NCBI GenBank assembly: GCA_021773015.1
Contig: JAJFKW010000001.1
Coordinates: forward strand, 1,283,305-1,347,304
DNA: 64,000 bases
Source of the DNA: Woeseia sp.
GTDB lineage: Bacteria; Pseudomonadota; Gammaproteobacteria; Steroidobacterales; Woeseiaceae
Direction: 5' to 3'
Below the pieces are notes generated by a model, which was not told the DNA's origin, did no database searches, and saw only the letters and a program-made list of their open reading frames with translations. The position numbers and the translations under genes were made by a program. Shown piece after piece: positions 20,154 through 28,700 of the stretch (positions are counted from its first letter, which is position 1; each line of letters opens with the position of its first letter).

Positions 20154-21800
20154 ATGTTAGTAGATCATGAATGTATGAGATTGTCGGCGCTTCGGCAGTA
20201 TGACGTTCTTGATTCGCCGCCCGAAGAAGACTTTGACCGAATTACGGCGCTCGCAGCTCGACTCTTCGATGCGGAAATCGCCTGCATTACACTGGTCGAC
20301 CAAGGTAGATTCTACTTCAAGTCCACTTTCGGAGTTGACGTCAAGGAAACCGCCCGCCGGCCTGGCTTTTGCAGTACCGCTATTGAAAGCGATGACGTCT
20401 ACTGTATAGAGGATGCGAGAGCTGATCCTTTCTACGATGACCACCCTATGGTAATTCAGCCTCCGCATATTCGGTTTTATGCTGGTTCAGCCTTGAGAAC
20501 GGACGACGGATTTGCAATCGGTACTTTATGTCTGATGGATTCTAGTTGTCAGGCATTCGGCGACGCTGAGAAAAAACTGCTGCGCGAGTTGGCTGAATTT
20601 GTAATGTTTCATCTTGACCGTAGAAAGTGGCTGTTGGACTCCAAGAAAAGGGAGGAAAGCATACGCAATGTCCAAAAACTAGAAAGTCTGGGTCTGTTGG
20701 CTAGCGGGGTTGCACATGACTTTAACAACCTACTTGTGGGCGTGTTGGGGAATGCTAGTTTAGCGTCGCATCAAATCGGACAAGATGAACCGGCCCAAGA
20801 TGCAATAGCTGACATTGTCCATGCCGCCAATCAGGCAGTGAAGCTCACGGACCAACTACTCGCGTATGCTGGTCAGCGTACGACGAGCCCATCTCCGATC
20901 GATTTGAAGCATATGTTAGCTGAAATGGCGCCGCTTCTTCGAAGTTCTGTGTCCGCAAACTCGTTGATAGAAGTCGACGTAGAGGACGGATTGAACCAAA
21001 TCGTGGGCGACCTTACGCAATTGCGACAAGTGGTATTGAATCTCGTAACAAATGCATCTGAATCGTATGGCGGAAAAAGTGGTCGGATCCATATTCGCCT
21101 TGGCAAATTCCACGTCGACAACCCAGAGCTCTCAGGCGCAATCATAGGCGATTTGACAAGTGCAAATTATGTAGCTCTTGAAGTTGAAGACGACGGCTGC
21201 GGCATGGATGACGAAACTCTAAGTTCCTTGTTTAGCCCATTCTTTACCACGAAAATTTCAGGACGCGGTCTGGGAATGTCGATAGTACAACGCATAGTAC
21301 GGACACACGACGGGTTCATTCATGTCGAGAGCAGCTTCAATCGTGGTTGTAATGTAATGGTTATTCTTCCTACCGGAGATGGCAAACGGCGGGCACCGGA
21401 AGAAGGCCAATCAAATGTGCGGCCGCTGAAATCTGGAAGCGGAACAGTCCTCGTTGTGGACGATGACGAGCTAGTGTTGAAAATAACTACATCGGCTGTA
21501 AAAAGTTTCGGATTTGACGTTATTTGCGCGACTGACGGTAATCAAGCGGTACGGAAATTACAATGCGAAACAGACATAAGTGCGATTGTTCTTGACGCGA
21601 CAATGCCTGGCATGACCGGCGCAGCGACGCTCGAGGAGGTACGCAAATCGAGACCGCATCTGCCTACCGTGATCACAAGTGGCCACCATGTCGACGAAAT
21701 ATCATTCCAATTCAGCGAGTTCGACAAATTAACCTTTCTACACAAACCCTGGACTATCGAGGCATTATCGGGCGCTTTACGCGAAGCACTTTCGAAATGA
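20154..21800 (+). CDS. hybrid sensor histidine kinase: GAF domain, HisKA, HATPase_c and C-terminal receiver
   Basis: 548 aa. GAF-like N-terminus, H-box VAHDFNNLL, G-boxes DDGCGM...GRGLGMS, receiver VLVVDDDE...VLDATMPGMTG...KPW. Confidence 0.85.
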   Translation: MLVDHECMRLSALRQYDVLDSPPEEDFDRITALAARLFDAEIACITLVDQGRFYFKSTFGVDVKETARRPGFCSTAIESDDVYCIEDARADPFYDDHPMVIQPPHIRFYAGSALRTDDGFAIGTLCLMDSSCQAFGDAEKKLLRELAEFVMFHLDRRKWLLDSKKREESIRNVQKLESLGLLASGVAHDFNNLLVGVLGNASLASHQIGQDEPAQDAIADIVHAANQAVKLTDQLLAYAGQRTTSPSPIDLKHMLAEMAPLLRSSVSANSLIEVDVEDGLNQIVGDLTQLRQVVLNLVTNASESYGGKSGRIHIRLGKFHVDNPELSGAIIGDLTSANYVALEVEDDGCGMDDETLSSLFSPFFTTKISGRGLGMSIVQRIVRTHDGFIHVESSFNRGCNVMVILPTGDGKRRAPEEGQSNVRPLKSGSGTVLVVDDDELVLKITTSAVKSFGFDVICATDGNQAVRKLQCETDISAIVLDATMPGMTGAATLEEVRKSRPHLPTVITSGHHVDEISFQFSEFDKLTFLHKPWTIEALSGALREALSK

Positions 21801-21964
21801 GTGGTGCCGTCTTGATCGCGACCCCGTATGAAGTTTGTGCATAACGGTCAATGGCGAGATTGTCCGGCGAACCCGGGGATGACGCGCGGTAAGTCGGACA
21901 CCAAAAAGTTACATCGAAGCAGTACGTTCTGTCGCACTCAAATTCAATCGGTCATGATGGAACT

Positions 21965-22387
21965 GTGACAAAACCGACAATCGAGGCAGTGGACAAGAAA
22001 CGCCGTCAAATTGAAGATCTCGAGCCCCAATTAGCCGCTATAGCACAGCAGGTTTCTATCTACTCGCCTAAATCTGCATTGACATATCGCACAAGGCCGG
22101 TGGCGAGGGGCCGCACGGATCAGGCGACGCAAATCGAGTTTTGGCAAGCAGAATTGATACATGGAGCCGCAATTTTATCGACGGATCGGTTCGTCCGCAG
22201 AAAAATTGCGCTCTCCGAGTTATACAATATCCACGCTGCACGTGTTGCACTTCAACGATCAGCTAAATTGCCGCGACGTATTTTGAGCACTCGCCAAGAA
22301 CGAGCGAACGCTGCGACTGAATTGCATCGACGAGAAACTCGCGACATACCCGTACGCGTGCTGTTGAGCGAAGATCAACGTGGCTGA
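21965..22387 (+). CDS. hypothetical protein (doubtful; 3' end overlaps the convergent LysR gene by 125 bp)
   Basis: 140-aa ORF with no recognisable motifs. Confidence 0.25.
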   Translation: MTKPTIEAVDKKRRQIEDLEPQLAAIAQQVSIYSPKSALTYRTRPVARGRTDQATQIEFWQAELIHGAAILSTDRFVRRKIALSELYNIHAARVALQRSAKLPRRILSTRQERANAATELHRRETRDIPVRVLLSEDQRG

Positions 22388-23144
22388 GCACCCACACGCC
22401 CCAAGTCGACGGCGTAAGGCGTAGGTCCAGGCGGCGAACACGTTTGTCGGCATCTCCGATGTAGCACGGTATACGGGCAATACCCATATGATTCCGAATT
22501 GCGGCAATCATTGTCGACACATCGTCCACGCGTAATGCCACTCGGCTACTTTGGAAATGTTCTTCGACCCAGGGTGGCCGCTCATCATCACCGCGGAATA
22601 GAATGATGTCGGTACTGGTCGTGGCACGTTTTAGATATCGAGTGGTTGTATAGACACCATGCCGCATGGGGAGCACCTCGCGTCCAATCAGATAGTCTGG
22701 GGGCTTGTTTGTGAGCCTGACTGCAATATCTGCCTCTCGGGCAGCGAGGTCGATGAGGCCTTTCGTGGTCAACACATCGAGATCGATACACGGATAGGTG
22801 ACGCGAAATTCCTGTAGCTTCGGCACTATCACATTACTCGCAAAATCATGCGATACGGTCAACTTAAGCGAACCTCTCAATTCCGCATCCTGACCAAACA
22901 CGTCTCGGTCGATGGCATGCGCATTTTCCTCCATCTTAAGCGCATGCGAATACATATTCTCGGCCGACTGAGTCATTGCAAATCCATCGTTTGACTTGTC
23001 GAATAGCCGTGTGCCGATATTCTTTTCAAGCGCACGAATACGCCTTGCAACCGTTGTGTGATTTACGCCAAGCGACTTGCCGGCGGCGGCAAGCGAACCG
23101 TCTCGGCACAGGGCAAGGAAAATACGCATGTCGTCCCAATCCAT
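22263..23144 (-). CDS. LysR-family transcriptional regulator
   Basis: HTH MDWDDMRIFLALCRDGSLAAAGKSLGVNHTTVARRI. Start placed at the ATG at 23144; the ORF extends to a TTG at 23174. Confidence 0.8.
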   Translation of the reverse strand: MDWDDMRIFLALCRDGSLAAAGKSLGVNHTTVARRIRALEKNIGTRLFDKSNDGFAMTQSAENMYSHALKMEENAHAIDRDVFGQDAELRGSLKLTVSHDFASNVIVPKLQEFRVTYPCIDLDVLTTKGLIDLAAREADIAVRLTNKPPDYLIGREVLPMRHGVYTTTRYLKRATTSTDIILFRGDDERPPWVEEHFQSSRVALRVDDVSTMIAAIRNHMGIARIPCYIGDADKRVRRLDLRLTPSTWGVWVLSHVDLRSTARVRVCREFLVDAIQSQRSLVLGECSKYVAAI

Positions 23145-23283
23145 GTATTTACGTCCTGTGCAGCGTGTCATCAATGACGTGTATTATTGCACAGCGACTG
23201 TGCGTTTTTGATTATATACGAGCATTTTCGCACGCTCTATAATCGGCATCAATAGCAATTGATTAATTACCCAGGACAAAAAA

Positions 23284-23985
23284 ATGATCGATCAGCACCT
23301 CAAACTCATCAGCCACCACCTCTGTCCGTACGTCCAAAGGGCCAGCATCGCACTCCAGGAATTGGACATACCGTTCGAAAGAGTCAATATTGATTTGAAT
23401 GCCAAGCCAGACTGGTTTCTCAAGATTTCACCGCTCGGCAAAGTGCCGCTATTAATCGTCGACGGCGAAACCGTGTTGTTCGAATCGTCAGTTATTGCCG
23501 AGTACATCAATGACTCGTTCGGCAGTGGGCTTCTAAGCTCAGATGCTCTAGCACGTGCCCAGCAACGCGGTTGGATGGAATTCGCATCACAAACGATCGC
23601 TAATATCGGACGTCTCTATAGCACGTCAAGCGCAACTGCGTATGAAACGACAATTACCGATTTGATGGATAAGTTGCAGCGGTTGGAAAACCATTTAGGC
23701 GACGGTCCTTGGTTTCATGCAGGTCACTTTTCGCTGGTCGACGCGGCATTCGCCCCAGCCTTTCGATACTTCGATGTTCTCGAAAGAGTTTCGACCTCTG
23801 ACTATTTCGACGCGTTTCCTAAACTCACGCGGTGGAGACAACAACTCTCATTGAGAGAAACTATTCGAACCGCCGTCGCCGATGACTACAGCGCAAGGTT
23901 GTTGGACTTCTTTTCGAAAAGGGATTCGGTGATTGGCCGCAGCGCTCTACAACTTTCGAAACACAATGACAACATTGCGGCATAA
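23284..23985 (+). CDS. glutathione S-transferase family protein
   Basis: 233 aa. Thioredoxin-like N-terminal domain (KLISHHLCPYVQRASIAL...PLGKVPLLIV) and a helical C-terminal domain. Confidence 0.75.
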   Translation: MIDQHLKLISHHLCPYVQRASIALQELDIPFERVNIDLNAKPDWFLKISPLGKVPLLIVDGETVLFESSVIAEYINDSFGSGLLSSDALARAQQRGWMEFASQTIANIGRLYSTSSATAYETTITDLMDKLQRLENHLGDGPWFHAGHFSLVDAAFAPAFRYFDVLERVSTSDYFDAFPKLTRWRQQLSLRETIRTAVADDYSARLLDFFSKRDSVIGRSALQLSKHNDNIAA

Positions 23986-24013
23986 CTCAATTACAGAAAA
24001 ATGGAGATAGACA

Positions 24014-24742
24014 GTGAAGATAAGCAACAAAACAGTCCTAGTAACCGGTGCAAATCGTGGAATCGGAGAAGCTTTAGTTCGTGCGCTCCTCGGTAAGGGC
24101 GTCAAGAAAATCTACGCGTCGGCTAGAAATATAGCAGATTTGCCAGACTTCGGAGATTTGAGAGTTGTACCGCTGAAATTGGACATTACAAGTACTGAGC
24201 AAATTGCGCATGCAGTTGACCGAGCGAGTGACGTCGAACTACCGGTAAACAACGCCGGAGTTGCGGCATTTACGAGTCTGGTCGACGGCCCGATCGATTT
24301 GCTGCAAAGAGACATGACAACCAACTATTTCGGCACTTTGGACATGGTCAGAAAATTCGTACCGATTCTAGAAACCAAGAAAGGCTCGGCAATCGTCAAT
24401 GTTGTGACTATTGCGGCATTCGCCAATTTTCCGATCGTTGGCGGCTATAGCGCATCCAAGTCTGCGCTATTTTCGCTTTCTCAAGGCATTCGAATTGAGT
24501 TGGCAGAAAAAGGCATCGCCGTTCATACGGTAAATCCAGGTCCTGTCGATACCGATCTTGCAAAGGATTTTCCTACGGATAAGGCGAGTCCAGTCTCAAC
24601 TGCAGAGAATATCCTGCATGGGCTTGAAAATGACGAGGCTGATATTTTTCCAGATGAGTTTGGTCGGAAAATGTTTGATATTTGGCGACAGGATTATCGG
24701 GCATTGGAACGCATGGTATCCGATATGTACTACGCCGCCTGA
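24014..24742 (+). CDS. SDR-family short-chain dehydrogenase/reductase
   Basis: TGANRGIG Rossmann motif, catalytic YSASK and the PG motif. Confidence 0.85.
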   Translation: MKISNKTVLVTGANRGIGEALVRALLGKGVKKIYASARNIADLPDFGDLRVVPLKLDITSTEQIAHAVDRASDVELPVNNAGVAAFTSLVDGPIDLLQRDMTTNYFGTLDMVRKFVPILETKKGSAIVNVVTIAAFANFPIVGGYSASKSALFSLSQGIRIELAEKGIAVHTVNPGPVDTDLAKDFPTDKASPVSTAENILHGLENDEADIFPDEFGRKMFDIWRQDYRALERMVSDMYYAA

Positions 24743-24786
24743 GAATAAACGCAGAACGGCGTCAGGCCGAAAGTCTGGCGCCAGCC

Positions 24787-25023
24787 TTACTCCTTGATTT
24801 TGATTTTGACGAATTGGCCGGTACGATTATAAGGATCACAATCCCGCTCAAACTCTTCATCAATCTGTAGAGCCGTCACCTCAATTTCCGGCGTCTGCCG
24901 ATATGCTGACGCATCATCCTGCTTCATTGATGTAACGGTGACCGAATCTGCAGGCAGCTTTTCCTTTGAGGCAATCTTCCAAGTTGACATAACACTTCCC
25001 ACTAAATATTTTTCGATAGACAA
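24787..25023 (-). CDS. small hypothetical protein (78 aa)
   Basis: ORF convergent with the SDR gene. No recognisable motif. Confidence 0.3.
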   Translation of the reverse strand: MSIEKYLVGSVMSTWKIASKEKLPADSVTVTSMKQDDASAYRQTPEIEVTALQIDEEFERDCDPYNRTGQFVKIKIKE

Positions 25024-25388
25024 ATAATATGGACAGCGAAACGAACTTTAAATGCCAGCCATCGGAAAAATAGGACCGTTCGTCGGACACTAACCGGCTA
25101 TCCAGCAGAATTGACCGCTTGTCGCGCTCTCTAGAAGCGTAGCAGATACTTGTTGCGATGAACTAGGGCGCTGGCCGCTCCCTTGAAGGCGTGTCAGAAG
25201 TGCGCCCCGCTAGGGATGAGTATCCAGCCATTGCTGAAACCCTTCAAAGAATTTGCGGTCTTCGCCCAGAATTTCGTCTAGCCGAGGTCTTTCGGTCGCC
25301 TCGGTGTCCGGAAAGCGCAAATTTCTCTGCCTGGGTTCGTGACGATCTTCGAAAGATCTCCGGACAACGCAAAACCCCCTACCGGAGA

Positions 25389-25712
25389 TCACTCTCCGTT
25401 ATCTAACCAAATCTCCTCACAATGCAGGCAATAATCGATTCGGTTATCGACCAAAGTTCCGATACGGTATTTGGTCATGACTCTTCGCCAATTGATGCAA
25501 ACTTTCGCAGAACGCGAGTATTCGACGGGCAGCTCAACCGCTTTGGCAATGGGCTCACCAGACTTGTCTGGATGCAATTCCTAGCACCGGCTATATGTCG
25601 CGCGATTAAGCAAAACACTTGCACATTGTTCACATCCGTATGCTGGCAAGGAATCGCTAAGTGGCGCGTGCTCGAATATCTTATTTGTACAATTCGGACT
25701 TGCGGCCATCAT
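25389..25712 (-). CDS. small zinc-ribbon-like protein (zf-TFIIB-like C..C...WLD motif) interrupted by a single in-frame TAG; either a 43-aa peptide plus downstream remnant or a pseudogene
   Basis: Strong RBS GGAGG-N4-ATGATG at 25709-25712. Translation is MMAASPNCTNKIF...YGCEQCASVLLNRATYSRC*ELHPDKSG...IDYCLHCEEIWLDNGE. The TAG is at 25581-25583 and the downstream part is in the same frame. Confidence 0.4.
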
Positions 25713-25765
25713 TCAACCTCCATGCGTCAATTTGCGCTTCGAGAGAAATCAGTGCCTTGTTAAAA

Positions 25766-28700
25766 TCAATCTGATTGGTCCACGTGCTTTTTTAGTTCGG
25801 AAACATCTTCGGCCAGACCTTTGAGTTTTTCGTGTGCTGCGACATCTAACGCGATTCGCTTATCCATACTCCGCACTAGCGGGAATAACGTATGTTCGAT
25901 TGTCTCGTTAAGTGTCCCGAGCACTTGCGCAAATTCTTTCGAAGGCCTGTTGGTTATCGATACACTGCTTTTATGCGACTTTACGGCGCTGCCCAGTGCA
26001 TCCAGCGACTTTTTTATTTTATCTGCGGTTTGCACGTATTCGGTGTGTTGTTTCGACAATGGGCCCGCCGGCTCAAGAGCCGCACCGAGCGCGGATATAC
26101 CTTGTACTAAATCGCCAATCTGTGCCGCAATTCGCAGGCCGGCATCCGTATCGTCGCCGCCCATTAACTTATTACGCAAATAGCCCTTCTTTATTTGTTC
26201 CCACCGCTCAACATCGGCCTCATCTTGCGACGCCAACAACTCAGAAAGTTTAAGTAGATTGGCCTCAGTACCCTGTGTCAGCAATTGCGCCTCACCACGG
26301 TAATGATCGCCAATCATCTGTTGGAGCTCTACATCGTTCATTGCAGAAGAAACCTTTTCGGCAAGCTTGTTCATGTTTCGATAACTACCTTGAAGCAAGA
26401 ATCGCGGTTCCGTTCGATACTTATCATCTTGCGCCGCTGATGCGATGTATTGTTTGTTAACTTTGAGAACCACGTCCTGAAGAACAAAAAGTCGCTTAAA
26501 TACTCTTACAATTTCAGATACCTCTGCTCCGCTATACTGATGCTTCAAGTCAGTGGTCGCGACATTACCTCCTCTGGCTCGCTCAATTAGCTTGTAGATA
26601 TCGTCCATGTCTCGCATAGCGAGCGGCGCCAAAACCGCATTCGACGTCAAGGAGTTCTCTATATAACTTAATTCGAATTGGCGCTCCTTCCCACTGAGAA
26701 CGTCACCCAAATTGTAGATATCCGCACGATTTGCAAGCATATCCGGAATTTTGAACACCTCACCCGATTCGGTGTAAGGGTTACCCGCCATGACAACGCA
26801 GAATTTCCGACCTCTCAAGTCGTACGTTCGCGTTCGACCTTTCCAAACGCCGTCTACACGGCGTGTTGAGTCGCACAGAGATATGAACTTCTGCAAAAAC
26901 TCGGCGTTCGTGTGCTGAATATCGTCTAGGTAAAGCATCACGTTGTCGCCCATTTCGAAAGCCAAATTGAGCTTGTGCAGTTCTTGCCGAGCGGTAGCGT
27001 TCGGTGCCATTTCTGGGTCAAGGGAAGTTACATCATGGCCAAGTGACGGACAATTTATCTTCATAAACGTCAATCCCAACCTACTTGCAACGTACTCCAT
27101 CAGCGTAGTCTTCCCATATCCTGGCGGCGAGATCATCATGAGCAAACCCTGCAAATCGGACCGTTTTGATTTACTAACAGTGCCGATTTGCTTTGCCAGG
27201 TTATCGCCAATAATTGGCAGATACGCGTCATTGATTAGTCGGTTACGCACGAATGAACTTAGAGGCTTTGGCTTGAACTCTTCTAGGCGCAGGTCCGCAC
27301 GCGCTGCATTTGCAGCGTCGCGTCGCAACTTTTGGTATCTATGAAATTTTGGTATGACACTGTTGCAATGGTCGTCCATTTTCAGCAAATACTTATCCAA
27401 AGTCACCGGCAATTCGCCATTTGCTATTATCGAGTGCTGACCAAACAAGTTTTTGACGGAAAACTCAACATCGGCGTTAATCATTCGGCGTTGCAGGCGC
27501 TTGCCTACAATGAGAATTGCTGCCGCTTCGGGCGCGTAGTGCAAGAGTTCGCTTTCACCCGCCGCATCAAGTGCCGCGCAGAGCCACGCATTCGCCACTC
27601 GCCATTGTTCTTTTGGCCTCGTCCGTAGGCTGTCTAACGTCCCCTGGACTTGTTTGAAAAGGTCCGCTTTCAGTGACTTTCGCAGTAAATCCAGCGCGCT
27701 CTTTGCGTGTTTCGATTGAGCGAATTTGCAGGGAACCCTGCGCAGCTCGGCTGCAAGGTAAATTGAACACCTGCGGATTGTTGAATCGTCAATCTCTAGG
27801 TGGTGGAGCGCCGCAAAATTGTTCACATGATTCGATATTTCCGCCTCAATCAATTCAATCGCTCGCGGATCAGAGAACTTTTCGTTCATCTGTCCCGCTG
27901 AAATCGCACGTTCCGGCAAAGACTGCAACGAATTCTCGGCGCCCTCGGACGAAGAGGTCTCAACTAAGTTTGCCCAAATTAGCTGGGCATATCCCCGGCA
28001 CAGCGGATCGAATCGCAATAAGTCGCTCTTGTTGATTGCAGGAACAATACAGCGGAGTATCGTGCATGCATCCGCGTCGTGGATACCTTTTTCGTATCCC
28101 TCCCTGTACCGTGGCGCAGCAAAGTTTTGCACGAGCTTTCCGAGTGCTTCACTGTTTTCGGCCAGGCTGGTGAGCTTGTTCCAATCTGTTTCTAATGAAC
28201 CGGAACGAATGTCATCCAACAGCCGGTACGCTAGATACTCCCCTCGATATACAGTCGTTGTTTCGGACTCAAGGCCTAGCGTCCAGTACTTGCGGAGATC
28301 GTTGAGTTCGGGATGATCAATATTTTCGAAATACTGCGTTCCGACCAAGTGCAGCGCCAATCCGTCATCTCGAGGTATGATAGTTAAGTCCAGGTCCTGC
28401 GTATTGACGCTGAATTTGTGTGCTGATCCCAGCTTAATAACCTTGCCACCGTCCGAGAATAGGTCCGTCTTATCCCTGAGTGACCGCAGCGCTTGATTAC
28501 GAATCATCTTCAATCGTGAATCGACATCGTCAGCTTTTACTGAACTATCTAGTTCGCGAAGCTGTTCGACAATATCTCGCACTTTGATGACAAGGGCGTC
28601 TGAAGCCAGATATGTATTCAGCTCATCGTCACTTTCAAATCGACGTGTGCGCCGCTCAATGTTCTCGAGCATTCGACCAGCAGCGTCGGCGAGAGTTTGC

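Noticed and set aside
25210-25392. 60-aa Arg-rich ORF whose GTG overlaps the zinc-ribbon ORF stop as GTGA
   Set aside because: It has no motif and an unusual composition. It could be real, but it is not supportable from sequence alone.
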